This document shows positions 34,401 through 48,859 of a stretch of DNA of 64,000 nt, piece by piece. Origin of the DNA: Eledone cirrhosa (lineage: Eukaryota). The stretch spans positions 228,904,001 through 228,968,000 of the forward strand of contig OZ024743.1 of the NCBI GenBank assembly GCA_964016885.1, in the 5' to 3' direction. Every line of letters starts with the position of its first letter. The stretch's first letter is position 1. The translations under genes and the position numbers were made by a program. The notes beneath the pieces were generated by a model. That model was not told the origin of the DNA and searched no databases. It saw nothing but the letters and a program-made list of their open reading frames with translations.

Positions 34401-36156
34401 CATCATCATCATCATCATTTTACGTCCGCTTTTCCCTGCTTGCAAGGGTGGGACGAGTCTTATTCAGCACAGCATCTCTCCACTCGTCACGGTCCTTCGT
34501 CATCTCCACCGTGAGCTTCAATGATCTGAGGTCTGTTCTCACCACCTCTGCCCATGTTTTTCGTGGTCTACCTCTACCACGTCTTCCTTCAACTGGAATT
34601 TCCTGGCACTTCTTCACCCATCGGTCATCCTCCATGTGCATAACATGTCCATACCACCTCAGTCTCCTCTCTCGCACACTACATTCTATCCCTCTCAGAC
34701 ACAGTTTCACTCTCAACACATTTATGCTGGGTCGTTCACGCACATTTACACTGCACATCCAATGGAGCATGCTTGCCTCATTTCTCTCCAGCCGTCGCAC
34801 ATCCTTTGCAGTTGCTGCGCATGTCTCACTACCATGCAGCATCGCGCTCCTCACACAGTCATCATACAACCGACCTTTCATACGCAGGGAGAAACCCTTC
34901 TTCGTCAACAGAGGAAGCAGCTCCCTAAACTTCTTCTAACCCATCCTTATTCTAGATACTATGGCCTCGGAACACCCTCCTCCCATGCTAATCTGATCTC
35001 CGAGGTACCGGAAGCTATCCACCACTTCTATAGCGCCCTCCTGCATCTGAAAAATGTGTCTATCAATGCGATTTCTACTGTCTAATTTCCCTGTACATCT
35101 ACTGCATACATATTTCTCCCTACCTGTTAGTTTGCCTGCTATCCCGCTACATCTCTTGTGTACCCAGGATCTGCATTGTGTGCATTTTATAGAATTTATG
35201 CCAGTTCCTTTTCTGCATATCGAACAAGGCCATTTCCCTGACGGAATCAGGGTTTTGTACTCTTTTCTACTCATCAACACTTTTGTCTTAGCTAGGTTCA
35301 CTCTCAGTCCTCTTGCTTCTAACTGCTGATTCCATAGCCAGAATTTATTCTCTAGCTCCTCTACTGATTCTGCTATAAGAACCAGATCGTCAGCATAGAG
35401 AAGTTCCCATGGACAGCCAGTCTTAAACTCCTCTGTTATGGCTTGGAGGACTATAATGAACAAGAGCGGGCTGAGGACGTTGTATCTGGAATTCCTCACT
35501 AAACTCCATTCCTACCCTGACTTTACTGAGAGTACCTCTGTACCTCTGTACAAAGTTTGCACTGTCCTCACAAGCCATTCCTCAGCACCTAGCTTCCTTA
35601 GGGACCACCAGATGACAGATCGGGGTACCCTATCAAAGGCCTTCTCTAGGTCAACAAAGGCTAAGTATAGTGGCTTATTTTTCTCTAAGAACCTCTCTTG
35701 CAATTGTCTCACCAAGAAGAGGGCATCTGTTGTACTCTTCCCAGGCACAAAACCAAACTGCATCTCATCTAGTTTGACCCGTTCTCTAATTAGTTGTGCT
35801 AATATCCTTTCTGCCACTTTCATAACCTGATCCATCAGTTTTATACCCCTATAATTGCTCCTCTCCAGAGCATGCCCTTTACCTTTGTAGCAATTTATGA
35901 GAATACTGCTGCACCAGTCTGTGGGTATGACACCATCATATATAGCCTGATTGATGATGCATGCAACCAGTTTAGTGCCTACGTCCCCTGATGCCTTCAG
36001 CATCTCAGCAACTATTCCCGATGGTCCAGCAGCCTTACCATTTTTCATTTCCCTAATCACCTCTTGGACCCTATATTCATCAATCTCAATAGCTGGTCCC
36101 TCTGTCGGATCTACTAAGGGTAATTTCTCTCTCTCCCATTCGTTCTCCACATTCAT
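34401..36156 (-). mobile_element. 5'-truncated RTE LINE (RT, Cys-rich insert, C-terminus, (GAT)n tail), disrupted
   Basis: GKAAGPSG, YKGKG..NYRGIKL, QFGFVPGKSTTDA, AFVDLEKAFDRVPR, LLYADDLVL, WPCSICRKG..CTQC..WVHKRC, FRYLGD, LHGSET. The GVHQGS segment is deleted near 35480 and there is a stop at ~34936. Confidence 0.92.
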
Positions 36157-36683
36157 CTATATATATATATCCATGCTAGCGTAGAAAATGGACGTTAAAC
36201 GAAGATGATGATGATGATGATATATATATATGTATACATATTGTAGTATAATTATCTTCAACAAGTTTTCGTTGCTACCTTTGGTTTCCAATCTACCATG
36301 ATTTTGCAATTGTACTTACACATACATAGTTCTCCTTCAGGCAACTATAAAACAAAGATTTTCCTAATTCAGGGGGGAATCGCTCTTGCTAATTTTTGTG
36401 CTTATTCACCTTATTATGATATTAAGGTGTATATGTGAAATGTAGTATATATGTATGTAGTATATATGTATGTAGTTCTATGCAACAATACGTATCTTGG
36501 TGTCCTTATTTAAAGTGGTTGTAGGCTTGTGGTATTACTGGACCATGCTACAAGCATGTGTGTGTTTATGTGTGGGCATTCTCTGAACATCTTGGATTTA
36601 CTGTTCAGATATTTGGTAGGGGACTTCAAACACAGTAATATCTATATTTTGCTCTAATACAAAGTGAACAATTTTTGGATATG

Positions 36684-36724
<41 letters not shown>

Positions 36725-36750
36725 AATGAATGCTGAATATATATATATAT

Positions 36751-37089
36751 CATCATTTCCTTTTACGTCTCCGCTTTTTCCCTGCTTGCAAGGGTAGGAC
36801 GGGAACTGATTCTGGCTTGATTTCTACAGCTGGATGCCCTTCCTAACACCAACCTCATTTACAGTGAGTGCTGGGTGCTTTTTTGCCGTGGCACCTCCAC
36901 GACCACTTTGCAGTGGAATGATATGGACCCCAGTCCCTATCATCTCATTTCTACAGCTGAGTAAACTGGAGCAATGTGAAATAAAGTGTCTTGCTCAAGG
37001 AAACAACACATCACCCGGTCTGAGAATTGAACTCACAACCTTTCAATTGCAAGGCCAATGCTCTAACCACTAAGCCATGTGCCTCCATG
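36751..37089 (-). mobile_element. Full-length tRNA-derived SINE with RTE-derived tail
   Basis: Minus-strand head ggaggcacaTGGCTTAGTGGttagagc...GAGTTCAATTC (Pol III A and B boxes), central ttgagcaagacactttatttcac, tail cccttgcaagcagggaaaaagcgg. Confidence 0.88.
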
Positions 37090-37759
37090 TATATACACAC
37101 TAGGCACTGGTGTTGCATTGCTATATGGCCAAGGAGTTTGCTTTGCAACTACATGGTTTTATGTTCCATCACTCAGTGTGATATCTTGGGCATGTGACTT
37201 CTATAACCTCAAGTTGACCAATTCCTTGTGAAGGAAATTTGTATAGAAGCCCATCATATGTATGTGTGAGTGTTTACATTTTCTTTTGGTGTATGCTCCA
37301 TAATTTATCAGATCAGAGAGAGGGAAGGGGTGCGGTCAGACAGACAGTGAGAAATGGTCTTTGCAAAATCCTCAGAGACTAGTGATTGAGGGTTTTAATG
37401 TTATGAAAATGTTGCATGACGACCATTGCAAGAAAGACATATGCAAGGAAGGAGCGATTTCCAGGGAGCCAACATTCTGAAGAAAAGAAACTAAAAGGGG
37501 TGGTTGTGGCAGAGCCTAAAGTGTTGTACACAACCTAGGTGATGAAAGAAGAAAAGAATTAGGGAAGAAGTAGTCGTTAGTTTGGGGTCTGGAGTATTGC
37601 ATACAACCTCAGTGATGAGAAGAAGAGAGACTTTGAGAAGTGGTTATTGAAGGGCGTTGAGGCTGGAGAGCTTGAGATGAGGTGGTATGAAACCAGCTAG
37701 TACAGTTAAGATTGATGCAAATATAGTATCAGTAAAAAAGCAGAAAGAGAAGACAACAT

Positions 37760-38285
37760 ATCTGTAGGTCAGAGGCTAGAATATGTCTCTGGGTCAGAAG
37801 TTAGAAAGTGTGTATGGGCCAGAAGCTAGAGGTTGTCTGTAGATAGGATATCTGTAGATCAGAGGCTAGAAGGAGTCAGTAGGTTGGAGGCTAGAAGCAG
37901 TCTGTGGGTCAGTAGGTTGGAGGCTAGAAGGAGTCAGTAGGTTGGAGGCTAGAAGCAGTCTGTGGGTCAGAAGCTAGGAGGGGTCTGTGGGTCAGAGGTT
38001 AGAGGATGTCTGTGGGTCAGAGGCTAGAAGCAGTCTCTGGATCAGAGACTAGAAGGAGTCTGTGAGTCAGAGGCTACAAGCAGTCTCTGGGTCAGAGACT
38101 AGAAGGTGTCTGTGAGTCAGAGGCTAGGAGGAGTCCGTTGGTCCGAGGCTAGGAGGAGTCTGTGGGTCAGAAGTTTGATGATGTCTGTGGGTCATAGGTT
38201 TGAAGGACCCTGTGGGTCAGAGGCTAGGAGGAGTCTTTGGGTCAGAGACTAGAAGGAGTCTTTGGGTCAGAGACTAGAGCATGTC
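37760..38285. repeat. ~25-bp minisatellite (tctgtgggtcagaggctagaaggag), about 20 degenerate copies
   Basis: Direct reading. Confidence 0.9.
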
Positions 38286-39307
38286 TGGGAGTGACTTTCT
38301 ACCATCAGTCAGGTAGCTTTTCTCTCAATGTCTACATATGTTCACCAGCAGCAGTACAGTCCCAGATATACAGGTGAAAGTGAAACCCACACAACTGTGG
38401 GTCCCTCACCTGTATCTATGTTGTATATCCTACATCCAGATGATGGCTTCAGAATTAGACATATATTTGCAGTCATATTTCGCTCTGTAACACCCAGTCT
38501 TGCAATATTTGCTCTCACAAAGTTAATCTGATTTAAAATAACACAAGGTCTGCTCTGTCAATGACCATATCAAAATTGGCAATATTTTTCTCATGATTTC
38601 GAATTTACGCTGTGTATGTGTAATAAAAGCTAAACGCATGTGTGTGTGCGTGTACAATAGTTAAGAATGTGTAAGTATTGTGACAGTTAAGTGTGTGTAT
38701 GAGTGTGAATGTATGTTGCAACAGTTATGTGTGTGTATATATGAGTGTAAATGTGTGCGCATGTATGTTATGTCAATTGAAATGTATGTATGTTCATGAG
38801 TTTCTTTATGTATTATGACAGTTCTGTTAGTATAATTGTACATGTATGTGTGTATACATCTTATATCAGTTGAATTATGATTATGTATGTTTCATAACCA
38901 GTTAAGTGTGTGTATGAGTGTAACAAGGATATCATGTATGCATATATGTGTTATAACAGCTGAGGTGTGTGTGTATGCGTTGGTTATGTTAGTTAAATAC
39001 ATATATACTGTTCATATGTTTAGTTCTTGAATGGCTATGAAAAAAATCACATTGTAATCCTTATAAATGCTTATATACACACACATATATTCATGTTGAT
39101 GCACAGACACAGACACATGCGTGCGGAAGCAAACATGTCCAATGTTCTTATTCGGGAATATTTATTTTAAATATACACATTCACGCACATACTTACATAC
39201 ACACAAAGGGGTGAGCAATCTCACAAAACCAATAGATAAGTATAAAATAAATAATATATAATAAAACAAAAATATAGTAAATTCAATTGTCTATTTAAAC
39301 AATCATG

Positions 39308-39400
<93 letters not shown>

Positions 39401-39646
39401 AAATACATATATATATGTATACATATATATATATATACACACACACACACATATATATATAAAATAAACAATTTAACAATTTAATTCATTTTATTATATA
39501 AAAAGAAATGATTATTTGTTATATATATACATATCTCTATATACATATATATATATATGCATACATATATGTATATATATATACACATATATATATATAT
39601 ATGCATATATGCATATGCATACATACATATGCATATATATATAATG

Positions 39647-39678
<32 letters not shown>

Positions 39679-40071
39679 ATGTTTCTATTTCCTTTTATTT
39701 CTTATTTGATTTGATATTATGTATTTTATTTCACTTTTTTATTCATTTATCTATTTATATTTACTTTAATACCCCCCCCCCCCCAACTCTTTCTCTCCAT
39801 TACCCTGCTGCCAATTTTAACATTGGTGTTTCAAAGACAGAAAAGAAACCATGTTGTATCTAAAGCTAAAGACTAATAGAAAAACAACAACACTTCTTCA
39901 AAATCTCATCCATCAGTCAACAATATCTAGGAAAAGATTTTTATAGGGATTCTGTTTATAATAAGTGATGATGAACAACTGAACAACTCCCCTGATATGT
40001 TCGAAAGGAAAACACCTTTTATAGCATACAGCACCTCTACATCTTTTTTCCTACCCTCCTCCATCATCCAC

Positions 40072-40143
<72 letters not shown>

Positions 40144-40639
40144 AAGCCCTTCTACTTCTTTTGCATAGCCCCTCCACCATCATCCACACATGCATTGTGC
40201 TTCTTTCAAGATTACGCAAATACATGGTTACATACATATAAAAGTGTAGAAATTTGCATTGCATCATCATCATCATCATCATCAACATCATTTTGTGTCC
40301 ACCTTCCTAGCTTGCATGGGCTGGAAGAGTTGTCACAATTTATGACTAGACATGGTGCTCATATGTTCCTTTATTTGGCATGGTTTCTAAAGCCAGATGT
40401 CCTTAACACCAACAATGTTACAGGATGTACTGAGTGCATTTTATCATAGCCACAGCACCAAGATTTTACAGACTGTACTGGGTGCATTTTATCATGACAG
40501 CAGCACTATAATTTCACAGTGTATACTGGGTACATTTTATCATGACACCAGCATTAGTGAGATTGTGATACACTCAGCCAGACAGAAAAGTCTTCTCTAC
40601 ACTATAAGAACTGTTTGATTGCCAGCAATGTTGTCTTGG

Positions 40640-40985
40640 TATGGCTGATGTCGTCTCCTCCACTGCAGTCTAAAGGACCTCTCTATTGTATGTAGTCTCC
40701 AATCCCTCACCATATCTACTTAGTGTCACAATCTTTGTGCTTGTAGCTGAACCTATTGTAGAACAAAAATCGCCAGTCAACTTAGTCCCGAATTATCACC
40801 TTCACAAAGTTCAGTTTCTTGAGATTTTTTTTCACAACTTCTTCCCAAGTATTCCTTAATCACCCTCAATCACAAGTTCCATCTACTTCAAGTGCTCAGC
40901 ATATATTTATACAATTCAAACCCTCACATAACCATACCAGTGCAATTGTCTCTCTTTTCTGCTATATTCGACTCCTCTTATAAAT
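40640..40985 (-). mobile_element. Old degenerate RTE 3' fragment
   Basis: RGVEYSRKERQLHWYGYVRV resembles the RGI..RRLRWYGHV segment of the other RTE copies. Confidence 0.55.
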
Positions 40986-42204
40986 AAAAAAACAAGAAAA
41001 TTAGCTTCAGGTTGACCTAAATCTTGTGAAACAGGGTAGTTGGGAACTGTTTGGAAGCCCATCCGATAGACTGTACCTGTAATACAAAGGGTCAGCCTTG
41101 TCATGTATTGTAATATGTTGAATCTCCCTGAGAATGCTATTAAGGGCACTTATGCTTAGACACACGTTAATTTCACAAGCTGGCTGCTCCATTGATCAAA
41201 CATCTGAAACACTTATCGTCAAAACTGATGGATGTCCATTTCATCCTATTCCACTTGTATGTAGCTGTGTGTGTGTATGTATCTGTGTGTGTTGGAGGTA
41301 AAGATAAATGTATAGTTAAAGGCATGTGTACTTTGTGAGAAATGTTTAAAATAATAAATGTAGCAGCAACAGACGCAACACAAACACATATTGAAAAAAA
41401 ATAATTGATCAATCAGGAATCCATAAAAGTCCCTCTTAATAAAATATAGTTTTATTGTGGCCTTAAAACATAGCACAGAATCAAAATAGTGGCCTTATTG
41501 AGGATGTGTACATATATACAGACACATGCACAAATGCATACACACACACACTTGCACATACACACATATGCATATATATATATATATATACACATAAACA
41601 TGCATGCATAATCACACATGTACACACACATGCACACACCCACACGCATATTTTGAGTGGACGTGAATGTCTATGAGTGTATAAACAAAAAAATATGTAT
41701 ATAAATATATGTATGTGTGTGTGTATGTACAAATACCTGTTTTTGTGTGCATTCACCTGTGTGTGTATGAATGAACCCGTGAGTGTGTTTATGTGTGTAA
41801 ATACACAACACACACATATACATAACAAGGATATCATCATACATGTGCAGATAATGATTTTCATTTTTCAGATTTTTTCAGTTTGCTTGGGGGTGCAATC
41901 ATGCAGATTATGAAGAGAGACATGGTGATGATGATAGTGTTGATGAGAGTAACAGGGATGGTGGTAATGATACAGCACACGCAATAAGAGATTTAACTAT
42001 TTGGATACTAACTCAGCCAAAATCTCACTCTGGTTCTATTAAATAAAACCATTCATTTTAACGGGTTCCTATAAAAATTAAATCTAACAATTCTATATAA
42101 GAGCCATAGATCATGTTACTATCTTAATAAATAAAGTAATTTTAGTTCTTAATTAATCAATTGAAAAATAATGTAATTCATTAGAAATAATGTAATTCAT
42201 TAGA

Positions 42205-42395
42205 AATAATTGTTTCTACTTTTGGCACGAGGCCAACAATTACCTAGTGTATCACTGTACTTTATTTTATCGACCCCGTAAGGATGAAAGGCAAAGTTAA
42301 CCTCGGCGGGATTTGAACTCAGAATGGCAAGGGCCGTAACTCTAGGCATCAAAGCATGGCATCCGACCCTATACAGATACTGCCAATCCACCGCC
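42205..42395 (-). mobile_element. SINE copy
   Basis: Reverse complement of the 54618-54813 unit. Confidence 0.85.
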
Positions 42396-42799
42396 CTAAT
42401 TCATTAGAAATAATGTCACAAAAAGGTTAAGGCCATTTCCCCCGGCTATAGAAGGGGTTAGTATTTCAGGGTCCCATAACTCATCATGAATTTCTTTTTA
42501 AGGTATTGTTTTATGACCTCATAACCTTTCTGGCAGCAACCCTTATAAATGCCTCTTATGACACACAGTGATATGGTGTACCTATTCTAAACTAGGTTTA
42601 CACAGCAAAGTATCTCATTTGTTTTGCAGTTCAACAAGATATCTGTGCCTGCAAAACCAATCAAATTTTTTAAGATACAATTTCTACCAAACTGAACTCT
42701 GCAATGTTAAATATAAGCGAAAACTACTCTACTTCAATTTTATACATTCTGTGTGGTAGAATTTTTATTTAGTTATATTTGCTAGGTCTGAAAAAAAAG

Positions 42800-43045
42800 G
42801 CTGTGTCGATGACCCAAGCAGGTCTTCTGAGACTGAAATAATTAACATTCTTGGTATTCAGTTTAAATTGTTTCAGGTTGACTTCTATGAGAAAGACATG
42901 TGCAGGGAAAGAATTCCAGAGGGATGACATTCTGGAGAGGAAGGACTGGGAATAGTGTTCAGTGGAGGGCCTGGGTGATAAGAGGAGACGAGACAAGTGA
43001 GGTAGGAATATTTTAGGGAAAGGTGGCATGAAATCAGGCAGTCCA
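42800..43045 (-). mobile_element. L2/CR1-group LINE extreme 3' fragment
   Basis: TEHYSQSFLSRMSSLWNSFPAHVF..NLKQFK is the typical SF..R..LWN.LP..FK terminus. Confidence 0.65.
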
Positions 43046-46000
43046 AGAAGAAGAAGAAGAAGAAGAAAAAGAAAAAGAAAAAGAAAAAGAAGAAGAAGAA
43101 GAAGAGAGAAAAAAATTAGTAATGAAAACTGATATTTCTTCAAAAACTATGACTGATTACTTCAGTGTAATGTTTGATATTTAGTAAGTTAAATGTTTTA
43201 AAACACTTCCCCAGGACTAACTAAATTGTCCATGCAAGTTTTGTAGAATTTAAATCCTGATTTCAATTGAAATATTGCGTAAAATATATTTCAATATTTA
43301 TTTATTTATTCATTGTGAATGCACACTCATGCACATACACAGTCACCAACGGTTTCAAAGACCACCCTTAATATGAAATGAAATACAATTTCTTAAATGT
43401 CGGCAAGGTATTTATTTGAACTTAAAAAAAATTGAAGGCATTATGAAACAGGACAAAACAACATAGAAATAAAGACATTGACTGATCTGCTTTAATGATA
43501 AATGCAGTAATGTCTGGAAGAATATAACAAATTATATTTTATAAATCCTTTAAAATAGTTGCCATTTTAACAAAAAAAAATGTTTTTGTTTTCTTTTATA
43601 ATTTATCAATCATATTTTACATTTTAAAGAATATCAAATTTTTTATATAATTTTGTATTACTGTGCCCCTGGGAAGGTTATGCTTACAGTCACTGTTTCA
43701 AGAACAGACATGAAACCTAGCATATTTTTAGGGTCAGGGAGAAATGGAAATTGAGACACTTTTGTCTTGCTGAATGGCATTGTCATCAGAAATGAATTGA
43801 AATAGAAATTGAGTTATTTTATTTCTTTTACTGTTTAGTCTGGGGCTTTATGCCTATGTTAAGAAATAATATAGAATTCTAGGACATAGTCAGATAAAGG
43901 AGTAAAAATGGTGATGAAGATAAAAACACATAACGTTAATTTGACACTACTCTCGCACAAGTGACTCATAATTTACATATGTAATTACTGGTATTTATTT
44001 TACTGACCTGGTTAGAGAAAAAGCAATCTAAAGCCATGACAAGATTTGAAATTATAATCGAAATGTTTCCACACTAGTTTGCAAGTATCATCATCATCAA
44101 CATTTAACGTTTATTTTCCATGTTGGTATGAGTTGGATGGAACAGCACAGGCCAAGTCATAACTTAATTGGAGTTACTGTCATCCAAGATGGGCTAGAGG
44201 TGAGATTTTACATACATTCAGGTTTCTAGGACTGGAAGCCTTCCCTATCACCATCCACTTTACGGCATATACTCGGTGTGTTCTATTGTGGTATCAACAC
44301 TAGAAAGATTGTCCTGTCTTTGACACAATTGAAGAGCCCCCGCAAGTTTTTGTATGGCATGTTTTCTATGGCAGGATGCCTTTCCTAACACCAACCACTT
44401 GATAGAGTGTACTGTATGCATCTTATCCATTTGTATGTCATAGTTTGTACAAATGAGTGCTTTTCATAACATCAGTCAATTTAGAGAGAGTACTGGGTAC
44501 ATTTTATTGTGGGGAGGTCACCAGAACTAGATAGGTTGTTGTCCTTTACATAGTACATTTCATTCCTTCGATTACAATGGTCCAAGGGACAAGCCAAAAA
44601 TAAATATGGCATAAAATGTTATGAAACAAAGATTTCAGTATGAAATATAGGAGTGAAAAATCTCCCCCAAACCACTATTATGAACTCACTAGGAAATTAC
44701 AAGACTAAATTAATAAGAAGCTCATAAAAAATAAATAAATAAACAACTGAATAAATAACAACCAGGTACTGGATAGAATCCAAGAACTGTTCAAATGATC
44801 ACAGAGTTGTTGCACAGTGATTTGCTGCCAGAGTTGAAACAAATTTTCTTATATTCACAACTATTCTGCATCATTGTATTCATAATGTAAACAAGTGATA
44901 TAAGACAGCACGCTATTTATTACAGAGTTGATAATGACACAAGACTTGCTATGGGACTTTAAAGGTTGCCAAGTTTTTAAATTCTGGCACAATCAACAAA
45001 CAGGTCTGTGTGATCTTTGTAGGTAAGGGGGAAAGAAAGCAAAGGATGTGGGTGTACTTAATAAAAATAAGTGCTAGTAACATAATAAGCAAAGAGATTA
45101 AAGCATAAAATTGATCACAGATAGCAATGATGGGGAAAAATTTGTTTTTGTATTAAAAACAAAAACTAATAAACATTATTCCTTTAATCTTTTAGTGGTT
45201 TTAATCATTAAACTACGGCCAAACTGGGGCAGAGCCATAGAGTCAATTATATCTACTATATATACCCCAGTACTAACTATTTTGTTAAGCCTGGTATGTA
45301 TTTTTATTGATCTGTTTTGTTGAGCCACTAAGTTACATTATATAAGTGCAGGTACAAACATACATAGACACACATTCATATATATACCCCCCCCCCCCCC
45401 CTGGCATTTACTGATCCCAGCTCCTTTCAACCCCACCTACAACTGACCTCACCTCCCCTCACATCATGTCCACTGCATTCTGCACCTCACCCATCTAGTC
45501 CACTTAAACCCACACTCCTGTATCCACCTCACACTACCACCACTCCACATTCACCCTACACAAAGCTACCCCACACAGCTATCCACACACACACAGCTAC
45601 CACAGCTAACCTCTACCCATATCTGACCCACTCAACTACCCGTGCCCACCACACTCCTCTTCATACATAGTTGCCCCACCCACCTCCACACAACAACTTG
45701 TACCCCTCTCTAATTCTAACATTCAAAGCTACCCTACCCTGAGCTACCCCTACCCCTCAAAGCTACCCCACCCCCCTCAACAACTACCAACTCCATCTAG
45801 CACACAGAATATTACAACTAGATTATAATTGAAATTCATATTTTCATTTGTGGTCCATCATGAAATTTCAATTAAATAAAGCAAATATTTTCATTAACTA
45901 CCAATCGGCAGAAAGAAAATAGAATAAATTTGAAATTAAAATTTTAACTCAAGTCAAATTTCCATTTAAAAAATATTTATTATATTTTTAAAGACTGAAA

Positions 46001-46350
46001 TTTTTTGATTATTGTTTCAAATTTGAATTTTCAGGATTTAAAAAAAATTTTTTTTCTGTGTAAATTTTGGGTTTAGTTAAAATTGTAGTTTCTATCATAT
46101 TTTTAATGAAAGACACTAGCTATAATTTTCAAATCATTTTGAAAATAATCAAGAATTTGGAGGGATTTAGTAATATAACTAACTTTCTTATTATTAAGTT
46201 GGTGTTTGGAACATAAAGACTGTTACATGAAATTATGATGGTAGATTTTTAAATAAATAAAAAAAGTTTTGTATCATAGAATGAGTGATGATTTCATCAA
46301 TATTTGTTGGAACTCTATTGGCTCCAGTGAGTGTTCCAGTTGTTCCAGCT

Positions 46351-46890
46351 TCATCATCATCGTCATCATTTTACGTCCGCTTTTCCTGCTTGCAAGGGTG
46401 GGATGCGTCCTCTTCAGCACAGCATCTCTCCACTTGTCATGGTCCTTCGTCATCTCCTCCATGAGCTTCAGCAATCTGAGGTCTGCTCTCACCACCTCCA
46501 CCCATGTTTTTCGTGGTCTTCCTCTACTGCGTCTTCCTTCTACTGGGATTACTTGGCACTTCTTTACCCAGCGGTCATCCTCCATGCACATCGCATGTCC
46601 ATACCATCTCACTCTTCTCTCCTGCACACCACAACTTATCCCTCTTATACCCAGTTTCTCTCTCAACTCATCTATGCTTGGTTGTTCACGCACATTGACA
46701 TTGCACATCCAACGGAGCATGCTTGCTTCATTTCTCTCCAGCCATCACATATCCTCCGTAGTTGCTGCCCATGTCTCACTACCATGCAGCATCGCACATC
46801 TCACACAGGCATCATATAACCAGCCTTTTGTACGCAGGAAAAAAACCCTTCTTTGTCGACAGAGGAGCAGCTCCCTAAACTTCTTCCAAC
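46351..46890 (-). mobile_element. RTE LINE 3' fragment (same family as 34401 and 59232)
   Basis: MLRWMCNVNVRE..RWYGHAMCMEDDRWVKKC..RGRPRKTW; (GAT)n tail. Confidence 0.9.
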
Positions 46891-47824
46891 ATGAAATTAG
46901 CATGCAAATGGCTGAGCATTCCATAGACACCTGTAATGTTGTTCTCAGAGAGATTCATAGAGTTGTGACATGTACAATTTATTTTTTCCAACTGAGTCAA
47001 CTAGAACATGAAATAAAGTGTCTTTATGTAAAATGTAAAACCCTGGTCTGCCTGGGATGTCAGTAGCATCACTTCGGCACTGACTTGGTCAATGTAGTCC
47101 TGTCCAAACCTTGCTTGCAGGGTAAGCAGACATTAAACAAGATGACAATGAAGATGATGCTCAAAGACACAATGTGATGCTGGGAATCAAACTTACAACC
47201 TAACAACCATGAGCCCCAAACTAACCATTAAGCTACATGCATTCATGTCTATATACAAACTTGTATATATGTATGAATGTGTGCATGATAGGATTATAGG
47301 AGCTTATGTACAAACATGCATGGATGTCTGAACATGAGAATGTGTGTAAGCATATGTGTGTATATGTGCATAAGTTGACATTCAACAGCCCACTCACAGT
47401 TTCACAGCCAATCACTACAGACAAGTCTAATGATAGATACAATGGACATTAAACAATGATGATGACGATGAGTAGTAGTGCAACTCAATACAGAAGAATT
47501 TCTGATATGGTTAACAGAAGTTTGTGTTTGAGGGAGTGTGTGTGTGTGTGCAGACAGCATTAAATTAAGACAAGACCAATTACAAATGACATCTGAACTC
47601 TTCAACAATGTACTTTCTTTCTCCTGGAATGTCTTATTTCTAATTGCTAATGAAATGTGTTTGTGTATTTGGGAATGTGTGTGAGTATCAGTTTTTGTCT
47701 GAGTGTGTGTCTGAGTGTGTGTCTGTGTGAGTGTGTATGTGTTAGCATGTGTGTGTACCAGTATGTGTGTGTGTCTGTTGAAATATTGTAAACATTGTAA
47801 GACTCTTCCTTACCACCCAACAAG

Positions 47825-48070
47825 TGGCAGAGAGTGACCGAGTGGTTAGAGCATTTGATTTACAATCATGAGGTTGTGAGATCGATTCCCAGCCCAGGCT
47901 GTGTGATGAAGCAAGACATTTTATTTTAAATTGCTTCAGTTCACTCAACTGGAAAAATAAGTTGCAACGTCACAGGTGCCAAGCTGTATTAGGCTCTACC
48001 TTTCCCTTGGTCAACAATGGTGGCATGGAGAGGGAAAACTTATGTATGAGTAACTGCTGATCTTCCACCC
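47825..48070 (+). mobile_element. tRNA-derived SINE, degenerate
   Basis: tgaccgagtggttagagc A-box, gagatcgattccc B-box, agcaagacattttatttt core. Confidence 0.7.
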
Positions 48071-48504
48071 CAAAAAGACCTTGATTGAGCTTCATATAGT
48101 AGCAAAACAGATTTAATGTTTCAGACATTAGTCATACACCATAGAAGATAGAAGAAGAGATAGAAACATAGAAAAGAGTAAGAAGATGCAGAAACAAGGA
48201 TATTAGACATACGCACACTTGTAAGCATGTGTGTTTAAAAGCTTGAAATAGTATGCAAGAGTAGTACAAAGCAATAAGACAAGGTTAACATGTGTAGGAG
48301 TAATAATGTTGGTTTACACACACATGTGCACACACACGGAAACACACACACACACCTGCTACTATATATATAAACACACACAGGCACAGAGTGTAACTCA
48401 AGGTCAGCAGGTGTAAGTGTAATAATCTTGTAACACACACATATGTCTATATATATATATATACACATACATATTTATGCATACATGTATGTGCATGCAT
48501 GCAT

Positions 48505-48538
<34 letters not shown>

Positions 48539-48579
48539 TTATGCATACATATATCTGCATGCACATATGAATAAATTCT

Positions 48580-48630
<51 letters not shown>

Positions 48631-48827
48631 GCACACACATTTTTATAGAATGTTTAGACAAATACTTTGGAAGAGAATACCAAATTTTAGGAATGCCATG
48701 ACAACTTATCTATTTAACCAACCACTACCAGCTCCATCTTATTGGTTTCTAATCACAAGAAACTGCATCAGTCTTTCTCACCCTCCACCACCCTCTTTCT
48801 CTCTATCTCTCACATACTGCATATGTG

Positions 48828-48859
<32 letters not shown>

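Noticed and set aside
37020-37089. tRNA gene
   Set aside because: A and B boxes belong to a SINE head continuing into SINE core and LINE tail; no complete cloverleaf seen.
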